Below, piece after piece: positions 1 to 9,805 of a stretch of 64,000 nucleotides of DNA. Source of the DNA: Andalucia godoyi And28 (taxonomy: Eukaryota > Protista > Jakobida); assembly GCA_009859145.1 (NCBI GenBank), contig VRVR01000010.1:223330-287329 (forward strand), given 5' to 3'. The translations under genes were made by a program, and so were the position numbers. The stretch's first letter is position 1, and every line of letters begins with the position of its first letter. Under the pieces are notes generated by a model, which worked only from the letters and a program-made list of their open reading frames with translations, was not told where the DNA came from and ran no database searches.

Positions 1-3000
1 ATCTTCGGATCTTTGTCGGGCAGCGGTAACATGTCTGTCCGCGAAGATGTCTTTATTTTTGGATCCTTGAGCGTATCTGACATGCTTGTTGGAAGCGTTG
101 CAGTGGAATCGGTGTTTGTTGACATCTTGCAATCAGCAAGGGATGCAGTTTTTGGTGATTCCTTGTTGATTAACGGAGATGTCAGTGCTATTTCCGGCGC
201 TTTCTGCAAGTCGCTCGTCGTGTCTGCTGACGCAGTTTTTGACGGCGACATCTTGGTGAATGGTAGCTGCAACGTGTCTTCGGAGACGTTTGTACACGGC
301 TTGGCACAGTTCAAACGAGGATTGTCTGTGGCAGGAAGTGTTTCTGCAAACGAATTGTTGTTTTCTTCGAATGTTACAATTCTTGGCTCGATGAATATTT
401 CCTCGCCTCCTCAATCTGAAACTTCCCCGCCGTCGGCAGTCATCGGTGCTATGCTCATGGTTGGAAGCGATTTGACAATTTCAGGATCTCTCAGCAGCTA
501 TGCAGAAGTGCGTGTGAGTGAGGATGCGTATTTTTCAGGGTACACTCGGTGGCCCGTCGGTGCGGCTGTGACCGGTTCCTCGTTCCTAGAAAACTTGATC
601 GTTTGGGATGATGTTCGATTGCACGGAAACCTGATTGTGGAAGGAAATGCATCCTTCCAAGGAATTCTCCAAACCTCAGCTGACAAGGTGGTATTCAACT
701 CTCCGTTGGTTTGTCTTGATCATTTCAATCGCTCCACAGAATACATTTGGGTTCTCAATAGTGGAATTGATGTCGGGACAAATAGATTCATGGGCCTCAA
801 TCGTGTGCTCGGCGATCCGTCGGCGACAGCCATCGAGCTTAGGCCTGGTAATTGCTCTGGACTGTGGGTCTATGCGAATGGCACCGTTGGATTAGGAACC
901 TCCAGTCCCCGTAAGGATGCGGGATTGCATATCCAAGGGGACGTTGTCCTTGGAACTCGACTTGGCGAGCGAGTCTTGCTGACTCCTTTTTGTAATGACA
1001 ATGCCTCGGACTTTTCCTGCTTTCAGTTTGCCCCCGAATGGCCGGCACTCCCCAATGTCTGGGACTTTTCCCTCGGCGTGACTGTCAGGGAAAACGGATA
1101 TGTTGGCATGCATACGATCTCTCCTTGCGTCATGCTGGACATCAACTCAAACAACAGTTTCATTGAAGCTGACATTATTCTTCGTGATGGAGGATTGCTG
1201 TCCTTGAAAAACGCGAGTGGATCTGCTTTGATTTTCGATTCTGTCGAGGCTGGGGTCCCCACTGCAGGGCAAGGTGCGGGACTGCGTTTACGTTTCGATG
1301 AGGACTACTCCGCTGCAGGGTTATCCGCTATTGTTTTTGAGCAGACGGTTGGATCTGGATCATATTCGGGTGCCAAAATTCTGTTCCGCACAAGGATGCA
1401 AGGCAATCCACAAAGTTCGTTGACGGGAATCATCATTGATTCTGCAAATCAGAGAGTGGCATTTGGTGCACAGAGTCCGTTGATGAGCTTCGATGCTCAA
1501 CTTGCTGTGTCGTTCGAGACAGATGTCGTATTCCACGATCTGCTGAAGTTGGATGGATTTTATACTCGAACATTGTTTTATTCCGCTACGAATGAGCAAG
1601 GGATTCCGGATGCACAAGGCGTCAGAATTCGGTATGATGAACGTTTTGATGGCCCTCTGAAAGATGCCCTTTTGTTTGAGCTGACAGTACCTGGCTCTAG
1701 CGCTCCATCGCATGCTTTTGAAATGATTTTCATCAACTCTGCGCTTGTGTCCACAAGCGCTATGCGGATTCAGGGAGATGGCAGGATTGGACTGGGAACT
1801 GCAACGCCGACATTGGGAAAAGTTCTGGATGTTTCAGGAGATGTGCAAGTGCGAAGTGATTTGTATTTGGATGGCTGCTTCGTCTTCAATCTGTACAGTT
1901 CTATGGATAGGGTCCTTTTCCATGTTCCAGGAGATTCATTGCAAGAGGATTTTCAGGTGCGCATTCGTCCCGCTTCGGATTATCCGGGTATTCCTCCTTC
2001 TGAAGATGTGCTTGTTTTTGAGAAGTTGGATGCGGACGGTATTCTTGCCGATGGCTTGATTGCATTTACGTCTCTTAAGGGAGCTTCTATGTATACGAAC
2101 GTCGTGCTTCGCGGAGACGGGAAAATTGGAATCAACTGTGGAAATCCGCTTGAGAAGCTGTTCGTTGAAGGCACAATGGGTATGCGAGATGATTTGCTGG
2201 TCACCGAAATGCACTATTCGACCTCTCCAGACATCATTTACGATTTCGTTTTCGACCTTTCTGCTGGTGATCTGCTGTCAAATTCTTTGTTTCGCTATAG
2301 TGGCACCACAGCGTCATACTCTTGGAAGAACGTTCTGCCTTCCTCTGCGCCTTTCCGTATCTCTACAGATTCCTCCGGGGCAGGGCTGAATGCCATCTAC
2401 ATTCATTCAGGGACACGGGCATCGTTTGGCACTGATTTTGATACGGGAGACACGCTGTATACGATTGGAAGCTCTCGTTTTGAAGGTGTGCTGTATTTGA
2501 ATGGTCAAATTCAGTTCGATTCCGATGTTTTCCCTTTCGTCGATGCTTCTCTGGGTGGAAACGGCTTTGTGATGCGCTACGATAGCTCAGGCAATACTGT
2601 TGTTTTGAATCGAGTTGCACCATCGGGTACCAGCAATGATTTTGCGCTATTCCAAGATACGACGACGCTCCCGGGAGTAGTTGTGCAACGAACAGTCTCT
2701 TCTGCACCGGCTACAATAGGAATTCGGGTAGATTCACCAAGCTCTCTGTACGTACTTCATGTGTCTGGCAGTGTTCTCGTTGATGGTGAAACAACTGTCG
2801 TTGGAAAAATCTACACCGTCAGCAGTTCTGCGGGGCCCGTGTACACGTCTCCCACTTCATCTATAGGCGTGGATATGGGAAGTCTCTTTGGTACCAGGAT
2901 CAATCGGCATTTCGTTGTGAAGACAGGATGTCTGGTTCCTCATTGGTATGCCGTGTACTGTTGTTGCAGTACGTGTTGGGACGCGACTATCGGTTCCTAT

Positions 3001-3324
3001 TGCTGCACTTACGGATATTGCTGCGAGGACATTACCTACTATGCATGCGATGCACAGAGTCAGCCGCGAGTTTATGGCAACGGGGCCGGCTCAACGTTGT
3101 CCTCTGTTGGGTACTATTCAGCATCTTGGACGATGTCCCCTTCTTATTCCGTTTTGCTGTCTTGCAATGCACACGTTACCAAGTCGTCTACAGCAAACAT
3201 GCCTCTTGTTATATCCTCATCAGCGTCCTCCATCACAGTTGGGCTGGTTAATGCTGGAGGGCAAGTTCGGTTCGACGCTGACAATGACCCCGTTCTGTCC
3301 TTTGTCTGTTATGGTCTATACTAG
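1..3324 (+). CDS. Large beta-rich tail-fibre/adhesin-like repeat protein, 5'-truncated by the window edge (>1107 aa)
   Basis: Frame is open from base 1 (atc ttc gga tct ttg...; base 13 is only a TTG). About 7 recurring G-x-[VI]-G-[ILM]-G-T-x-x-P...L-x-[VI]-x-G type motifs (e.g. GTVGLGTSSP, GRIGLGTATP..VLDVSGDV, GKIGINCGNP) spaced ~70-120 aa. N-terminal V/L-x-G-x-L-x-V repeats, Cys-rich insert near the C-terminus. No intron needed. Confidence 0.7.
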   Translation: MFGSLSGSGNMSVREDVFIFGSLSVSDMLVGSVAVESVFVDILQSARDAVFGDSLLINGDVSAISGAFCKSLVVSADAVFDGDILVNGSCNVSSETFVHGLAQFKRGLSVAGSVSANELLFSSNVTILGSMNISSPPQSETSPPSAVIGAMLMVGSDLTISGSLSSYAEVRVSEDAYFSGYTRWPVGAAVTGSSFLENLIVWDDVRLHGNLIVEGNASFQGILQTSADKVVFNSPLVCLDHFNRSTEYIWVLNSGIDVGTNRFMGLNRVLGDPSATAIELRPGNCSGLWVYANGTVGLGTSSPRKDAGLHIQGDVVLGTRLGERVLLTPFCNDNASDFSCFQFAPEWPALPNVWDFSLGVTVRENGYVGMHTISPCVMLDINSNNSFIEADIILRDGGLLSLKNASGSALIFDSVEAGVPTAGQGAGLRLRFDEDYSAAGLSAIVFEQTVGSGSYSGAKILFRTRMQGNPQSSLTGIIIDSANQRVAFGAQSPLMSFDAQLAVSFETDVVFHDLLKLDGFYTRTLFYSATNEQGIPDAQGVRIRYDERFDGPLKDALLFELTVPGSSAPSHAFEMIFINSALVSTSAMRIQGDGRIGLGTATPTLGKVLDVSGDVQVRSDLYLDGCFVFNLYSSMDRVLFHVPGDSLQEDFQVRIRPASDYPGIPPSEDVLVFEKLDADGILADGLIAFTSLKGASMYTNVVLRGDGKIGINCGNPLEKLFVEGTMGMRDDLLVTEMHYSTSPDIIYDFVFDLSAGDLLSNSLFRYSGTTASYSWKNVLPSSAPFRISTDSSGAGLNAIYIHSGTRASFGTDFDTGDTLYTIGSSRFEGVLYLNGQIQFDSDVFPFVDASLGGNGFVMRYDSSGNTVVLNRVAPSGTSNDFALFQDTTTLPGVVVQRTVSSAPATIGIRVDSPSSLYVLHVSGSVLVDGETTVVGKIYTVSSSAGPVYTSPTSSIGVDMGSLFGTRINRHFVVKTGCLVPHWYAVYCCCSTCWDATIGSYCCTYGYCCEDITYYACDAQSQPRVYGNGAGSTLSSVGYYSASWTMSPSYSVLLSCNAHVTKSSTANMPLVISSSASSITVGLVNAGGQVRFDADNDPVLSFVCYGLY

Positions 3325-4049
3325 ATGGATAGATGGATGTTCGTATTCCAGAGTTTTCTTGGTTTGCTTTTCATGTAACTATTCTACTTTGCTTTCATGT
3401 CATCCGTGGATCGTCTACAAGTCTCACGACCAAAGTCCCAGTTCCATGTTGCGGTCGCTTGGGATGCGCATTTCGTTGTCGTGTTTGTGTTTGTCGATGT
3501 AACGCCTGACGTTGCACATACTCTTTTTGTTGATTTATTTATTTATTATATGTATATTCAGTGATGCAGTTTTGCCTGGTAAAAAACTATTATTATTCAA
3601 AACGGCCTTAACGTCTACGTTGGCACCAAGTATGGCGAATCAATTGCTGGCCAATCCATACCCAGTCTTGCATCGGAATGACGATCAAACAGATTTTTGG
3701 CGTTAAGGGACGTTATAAATCAGCATCAGCGCCCATCCAATGAGCTCCCCTTTTGAGTGGGACATCCGAAAGGCTGCGGCGACGGAATCATCGATTGCAG
3801 GGGAATCATTCAGCAATCTGCAGCAGAAGAAAAAAGGCCGGCCTTCATTCAACAGCAATGTCGACGGCTGTCAAACAGCCATACTCTCTGATGATATTCC
3901 AACTTATGTTGGGGGGGTTTACATGGTGTGCGCGAAAAGAAAACGAGCGATTATGTTCTTTTCTTTTCTTTTTTTTTAGTTGGTTGATTTGAAAACCATT
4001 GGTTTGGTCATCAACGAACCCCGTTCACTGCACACAAGAAATTTAAAAA

Positions 4050-5036
4050 ATGACCAACCCTAAGTTGTCCAAGGGTCTTGAGGATGAAAACGTCTTGTCG
4101 GCATACCATTCCTTAGAATCGTTTTCCATAGAACAGCTTGTTGCGATTCTTGCAAACCACGAACTTGCGCTTGCTCATCGGATGCGTGTGTTGTGGCATT
4201 TGCGCGAGCGGTCGGGTGAAGAATCTGTTGATGCATTGTCTCATGCTCTATCTCTTTCGGATTCTCCATTGTTCAGACACGAAGTTGCCTACATCCTTGG
4301 ACAGAAAGGCGATCCTCGTGCCCAGAGTCTTCTTGTCGGTCTCTTGTCGAATCCCACCGAGGACGTTATGGTACGGCACGAAGCCGCAGAAGCGATCGGC
4401 GCTTTGAGCCAGCCTTCGGCTGATATAATTGCTTTACTGGAAAAGTATGCTGTGGATGAGCATCCGGAGATTGCAGAGACTTGTCAGTTGGCCTTGGATC
4501 GTATGCAGTATTTTGCAAAACATACTGACTTGCGAACGGCACCGGAGCGAAAAGAGGATGCTGTTTCGGTATGTGCATGCCAAGAATTTGCGTCTCTTGA
4601 TCCGGCCCCACCTAGTGAGGATACTGCGGCTGTTGCGTCGGCCAAAGTTGTCGATGCGTCACTCAGCTTGTTTGAAAGATATCGAGCAATGTTCCGACTT
4701 CGAAACTTGGGCAACGTCAAGCCACTTTGTGTTGCACTTTCAGACAAGTCGTCTGCGCTATTCAGACACGAAGTTGCGTTTGTTTTGGGGCAGATGGAGC
4801 GGGGCGAGGCAGTTGACGCACTTGTTGGGGCGCTGATGGATGTTAATGAGCATGTAATGGTCCGTCATGAAGCCGCCGAAGCTTTGGGATCTATCGCGTC
4901 GAATCGTGGACTGTCGGCATTGCAGCAGTTTACGCAGGATCAACAGAGGGCGGTTCGAGAATCATGTGAAGTTGCGCTGGATATGCATGCGTACTGGACG
5001 CAGTTCTATGCTGGTGTGAACAAGCAAGACGAATGA
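4050..5036 (+). CDS. DOHH: Deoxyhypusine hydroxylase
   Basis: Two dyads of HEAT-like repeats with four iron-binding HE motifs (FRHEVAYILGQ, VRHEAAEAIG, FRHEVAFVLGQ, VRHEAAEALG); SLFERYRAMFRLRN; C-terminal VRESCEVALDM. Confidence 0.96.
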   Translation: MTNPKLSKGLEDENVLSAYHSLESFSIEQLVAILANHELALAHRMRVLWHLRERSGEESVDALSHALSLSDSPLFRHEVAYILGQKGDPRAQSLLVGLLSNPTEDVMVRHEAAEAIGALSQPSADIIALLEKYAVDEHPEIAETCQLALDRMQYFAKHTDLRTAPERKEDAVSVCACQEFASLDPAPPSEDTAAVASAKVVDASLSLFERYRAMFRLRNLGNVKPLCVALSDKSSALFRHEVAFVLGQMERGEAVDALVGALMDVNEHVMVRHEAAEALGSIASNRGLSALQQFTQDQQRAVRESCEVALDMHAYWTQFYAGVNKQDE

Positions 5037-5370
5037 AGAAAGGGTAGGAGAACTGCAGTTACTGATACATTTGCTTTGTATTCTGCGGTTTTGTTTTTTT
5101 TTGTTTTTTTGTTTTTTTTTTGGAGTGCAGTATCACTGTCCTGAACGGGAGAGACAGGACTGGAGAAGATTTTCATATTATTATTACCACCATTATTATT
5201 TTAATAAAAGACAACCCTTCTTAACGGTGTCTTTCTCTCTTTTTTGCCTTTCTTTGGATCTTCGAAACTTCATTTTAATGATTTTCCCAAGTGTGCAGCA
5301 AGTCCATTCCAAACCTCGAAGGAAAAGATGATGTACATTAAATAAGTAAGGCTGAATAAGGACTTTTCAA

Positions 5371-6258
5371 CTACAGATCGAATTTTGGGGCAACGTCCAC
5401 TCCGTGCACTCTGGATCCACCGCTCCCATCGTCGTTCCAAGGCTGTTCAGTCTGATTGGACAGTCGTCCTCGAGGTCTTCGTTTCGGCATGGAAACATCG
5501 GCAGTGTCATCAAAATGGTGGTTTTCAAATGTCCCAGCTCCCAAATCTCGACCTGTCCAGATTCCCGAAGTCTGTTCTAGTACAGGAACATTCTTTGACT
5601 GAGAGTAAGACGAGGCATACAAAGTGTCTTGTGTTGACCTCTCGGACCACTGTTTTCTGCGTGGTGTGCGCAGAGCAGGAAGGTCTTGTCCTTGTCCTTG
5701 TCCTTGTCCTTGTCCCGGTGCATGCAACATCTGCTCGCGAATCGCTCCTTTCGGATGAGTGGTAGCCAGCTGCAAACCAGCAGGCACCGTAGTAGCATCT
5801 TGTGCAGACTGGCCCTTTTGCAACGTCTTGCTGTTGTTGGTGGCGACATGATGTGGACTGTTGTTTGAACTGTGAAAGCTGCGAAGCCGCAACGTGTCGT
5901 TCTTGGATTTCATAACAACCAGACTAGCAGAAAAATGGCTGTTTTGGGGAACTTGGAATGTGGAAGAGGAAGAATTCGACTGAGAAGGATGTGGACTGAG
6001 AAAGGCCTGCTGAAAAATAGAAGAGTCCCGTGCATAACGATCTCCAACAAGCACAAGAGATCGGTGTCGCGCTGATGTGATTTCACGAACAAAAGCCCGT
6101 TCACGTTCTATTACAGACGGAGACTGCGCTAAGCTTCTTAGATGGTGTGATCTGTGTGGAGTGTGAAGTTGCTGCGGCCGCGAGGATGACGGAGGCTGGG
6201 GCTTGAAAGGCTGCCCCACTGCTGCCACTGAAACAGATGGAATGGTAATGATACTCAT
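5371..6258 (-). CDS. Hypothetical low-complexity (S/Q/H-rich) protein
   Basis: Long ORF, first ATG at 6258 (MSIITIP), disordered composition with a GQGQGQ hexamer repeat; no recognisable domain. Confidence 0.5.
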   Translation of the reverse strand: MSIITIPSVSVAAVGQPFKPQPPSSSRPQQLHTPHRSHHLRSLAQSPSVIERERAFVREITSARHRSLVLVGDRYARDSSIFQQAFLSPHPSQSNSSSSTFQVPQNSHFSASLVVMKSKNDTLRLRSFHSSNNSPHHVATNNSKTLQKGQSAQDATTVPAGLQLATTHPKGAIREQMLHAPGQGQGQGQGQDLPALRTPRRKQWSERSTQDTLYASSYSQSKNVPVLEQTSGIWTGRDLGAGTFENHHFDDTADVSMPKRRPRGRLSNQTEQPWNDDGSGGSRVHGVDVAPKFDL

Positions 6259-6721
6259 CCTGGAATTTCTACGTGATGGTACGAGTCTGGAAAGCAGCAC
6301 CGATGACAATCAGAGGCTCGATATTCTGATACTCGTAAATGGATTGTGTCCAAATGCTGACTCCTGAATTTTTGATATGCTTATCTCCTCACCACCCCAC
6401 TTGGATTCCCAACGCGTACAAAACGTCCGTACAGATATCCACTCCTTTTTTGGGGATTATATACAGCAGTTGATTTTCGGTTCGGAAATGACGGCAGGTC
6501 AGCTGCAATGCCTGCAGCCTGCAGGGTCGTTTGACTCGCTCCTTAGCAACTCCCTGAAATCCGTTTTATGTCGTTTCGCCACTTTTTGCCATTCCTCCTT
6601 TTTTCCTTCTCTTTTTTTTCCTCTCTTGCAAGTAAACAAAGAAAGAAAAAAAGAAAGAAAAAAAGAAGAAAGGGTAGTCGTTAGCTTTAAAAGAAGAGAC
6701 GACGGAGAAGAAAAGAAATTC

Positions 6722-8977
6722 ATGCACCGCCATCCGCTTGATGCAGATGGAATGGTGGGTTCGCTTTTCCTGTCCTTGTGGAAGAAGCACCCTGAAACCC
6801 TCGACTCATGCTCAGGAGTCATTGTTCCGGACACAGTGCTCTACGAGCACGGCTTTCCGAGAGCCTGGCTTTCCAGCGATGTCGGAATGCGACCGACAAC
6901 TCGGCCAATGAGTGCCCCGTCATCTCCTCTCAGCCGTCCTGTGACTTCTCCAGGAGGTCGCGGTTCTCCTTCTCTTTCATCAACGGGGCTTCTTCACTGT
7001 ACGACCAAGAGAGAAAGAACCGTTGAAACGTACGAACTGAAAAAGAGGCAAGGAAAAGAAATAGATCCTCGAGCAGTTTATGCTGCGATGATCAAGCAGC
7101 CCTCCGAAGATCTCGACGCGGTTGCTATGTACATGGAAAAGCCGCATGAAAACTCTCCAACTGCGGTTGTGGAATACTTGACTCGAAAGGAAATCGGAGA
7201 GATGTTTCCAGATCCAAAGAATTCATCTGCTGGAAACAACAGAAGACAGCGGACGGGCTATCAGGGGATTGTCCAAAAGATGGTATATGGGGCATCCAAC
7301 TCGGTTTCTCTGATTCAAGCAACATGGTCACCATATCTGTGTATTGTCGACAGGAGAATCAACAAGAATGGAGCGGAGGACAAACGATTCACTCCATACG
7401 AGCGCGCAGTCACCCATGAGGGTCCACAGCACCATTCAAAATCAGTTCCGTGCGCACCACCCGTGGAAGATAAGGTTCGGCTGATATGCGAATGCATTGT
7501 GCGGCACGTGCAAGCCGTAGAGAACGTTGCGATCGCAAGAATGGTGCTGTACTTCAGACCAGACGCTCAAAACAGGCTGTACCTCTCCTGGTGTGATTCA
7601 ATGAGACTGAATTCAGCTGACAGGAGTCGTGAAATCAATCTTTCCATCTCGTACCAGACTCCAGAAAAACTCGCAAAGAAAAAGGAAAACTCGACGGTCG
7701 CCGTGGAGCGGGTCATTCCGTCCCTGGAATCTACTGTCAAGCCAGCCACAGAGAAGAAAGAATCAGAGCCATGTGCTTCATGCCCGGGATGCGACTGCCA
7801 GGTTCCGGTTTCAAAACTGCATGCAGCTGGGGTGGCGGCAATCATTGATTATTACGCGAAGCTCTGCAAACCGAGAGCATTCTCCCCTGCTGTCAGAACT
7901 CGGTTGGCAATTGACACAAATTCTCCGCGAACACCAAAAGGAAGCAGTACCAGAGACCGATCCAGGTCAGTTCTGAAGGGTCCGCAGTCGCCGTCCAGCG
8001 CGCGCTCCGGATCACCGACCTTTGGAAATTCAACAAGCCCGACGCATTCCAGCGGATGTTCCCCGACCTCGTTTTCGCCTGTGTCGCCGTTTTCTGCTAA
8101 CACAAAGGGGACTGGAGACGACAGTGATCCCATGCGTGGGACTTCGCCGCCTCCATTTGATGAATTAGCACAGGATGTCCGCGCACGAAGAATCGCGCAG
8201 GCATCGATACTGAACGAGCAACGAATGGTTTGTATGCAGGTCTGGCAAGAAGACATATGGTACCGGATTTACTCCCATTTTCTGGTGTCCAGAAATAACA
8301 TCAAAGTTCGCATTCCAGACATCTACAAGAGCGTGTCCATGTTGCTGAAATCGGACGAGAATCCGGTAACTTTGTACCAGATCCTAACCAGAGGACTAGC
8401 ACGAGTTCACATCAAGTTTGAAAGTGACGGGAACATCTGGGAGTTTCACTACTCTCCGAATATGACAATTGGGAAGTGGGAGTCTCTCGTGGGGGCAGTC
8501 GGAAGGGAAATGGAATCGATGCTCGAAGAACGCGAGGCCAAGTTTTGGGGTGTTTCCTTGGACGACATGAAAGAACTGGCTGCAAAGTCTGTTTCTTACG
8601 TCCTCACCGAAATAGAACGAAGAAGAAAAGAGGCATATCTCAAAGAGGCAGAGAAGCGGCAGCAAGAAAGAGAAGAAGAAGGAAAGAAACGGCGCCGAAG
8701 AGCAGGAACTATCATGGGAAGAACCTCATCGTCATCGTCCATTGCCTCCGACTTCTCTGACGATTCTCCTCCTCCTGTTCCGAACATTTTGAAAGGACTG
8801 TTTCCCGAAGCACAGAGTGTCGCAGACCTTGTGGACAAGAAACAAGCGGGCATTCTTCAGGCAGACGTTGTCTCCGTGAACGTTTGCCAGCAGTGCTATT
8901 TGACGTACAACAACCAGGGAAAGGCGCTCATTCTTCGCAGAAGTCCGAGTGTCATATCCAATCATTCTTCTATGTGA
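6722..8977 (+). CDS. Conserved-looking hypothetical protein: globular N-terminal domain, Ser/Pro-rich middle, C-terminal coiled coil
   Basis: The ORF-track sequence before 6722 runs through T- and A-rich spacer, so the likely start is MHRHPLDA. Ordered segment VPDTVLYEHGFPRAW...GIVQK...ATWSP...YERAVTHEG...RMVLYF...LYLSWC; possible Cys pairs (CASCPGCDC, CQQC). Confidence 0.75.
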   Translation: MHRHPLDADGMVGSLFLSLWKKHPETLDSCSGVIVPDTVLYEHGFPRAWLSSDVGMRPTTRPMSAPSSPLSRPVTSPGGRGSPSLSSTGLLHCTTKRERTVETYELKKRQGKEIDPRAVYAAMIKQPSEDLDAVAMYMEKPHENSPTAVVEYLTRKEIGEMFPDPKNSSAGNNRRQRTGYQGIVQKMVYGASNSVSLIQATWSPYLCIVDRRINKNGAEDKRFTPYERAVTHEGPQHHSKSVPCAPPVEDKVRLICECIVRHVQAVENVAIARMVLYFRPDAQNRLYLSWCDSMRLNSADRSREINLSISYQTPEKLAKKKENSTVAVERVIPSLESTVKPATEKKESEPCASCPGCDCQVPVSKLHAAGVAAIIDYYAKLCKPRAFSPAVRTRLAIDTNSPRTPKGSSTRDRSRSVLKGPQSPSSARSGSPTFGNSTSPTHSSGCSPTSFSPVSPFSANTKGTGDDSDPMRGTSPPPFDELAQDVRARRIAQASILNEQRMVCMQVWQEDIWYRIYSHFLVSRNNIKVRIPDIYKSVSMLLKSDENPVTLYQILTRGLARVHIKFESDGNIWEFHYSPNMTIGKWESLVGAVGREMESMLEEREAKFWGVSLDDMKELAAKSVSYVLTEIERRRKEAYLKEAEKRQQEREEEGKKRRRRAGTIMGRTSSSSSIASDFSDDSPPPVPNILKGLFPEAQSVADLVDKKQAGILQADVVSVNVCQQCYLTYNNQGKALILRRSPSVISNHSSM

Positions 8978-9805
8978 CCGTACTTCTTTCAAAGCAAGTC
9001 TGTCGTGCACACCGTTTTTCTGGTAGTTGACGAATCACTGTTGTTGTTGCTGCTGCTGCTGTTTTCGGTTTTTTTTTTCCTTTCTGAAAACACACATATA
9101 AAAATAAAAATCTCTCCGAGAAATAAAAGCACAGTTCCAAGGACAAACAAACCAAGCAAAGCGGAAAATGAAGGGGGGAAAAGATTTAGTGGTAAAACAT
9201 GTTCTTTGCTGCCGTGCATCACCAACAATCTTATTATCATCACCTCTGCTTGCAGCGGTCAAGATGGGGAAACAGTATCACTTCCCAGTTGCTTTCTTGT
9301 TTTATTTTGTTAGTTAGATGTTTGGATACGCCTACATTGCACACTAATCCACGGACAATCGTCGCTGATCACCCATAATCAATGTTGCAACCCAACAACA
9401 TGCATAATGCAACGCGGCGGCGTGTTTATGGGGATTCCATGATCAAAAGGGGGCGAAACGAATCGGGCATCGTGTGACAGAGTTGCTAAGATAGCAAACG
9501 CATGCGCATGGCGCGTGGCAGTGTCTTTGTTTGCGTGCACTTTCGATTGCTTCATCATACAGTATCGCAAGAAGTGGCAACGCTGGTAGAGCCAAAAAAA
9601 AAAAAACAAGCTTTCTTGTTGGACAAGCGTCGCGACCTGCCCGTCGTAGGCGGAGAGCACGGACGGCAGCAAAACTTACGGAGCAAAAGAGAGAAAAGGG
9701 AGATTTCTAAAAGCACTTTTGATTTGCGCAATTTCTTTTTGATCTTTCGGTTTTTTCTCATTGTCAAAAAGGCCACACCTTCCCCCCAGTCTGTGCGCTG
9801 TGTCC

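Noticed and set aside
3325-4049. Possible right boundary (TIR/att site) of an integrated element carrying the fibre gene
   Set aside because: No inverted repeat, target-site duplication or tRNA fragment was visible, and the left side lies outside the window, so it cannot be tested here.
6377-6721. N-terminal extensions in the ORF track (also for the carrier, BET, NmrA, DUF952 and Sfi1-like genes)
   Set aside because: They translate T/A-rich or microsatellite spacer DNA, often from non-ATG starts; downstream ATGs fit the family N-termini better.
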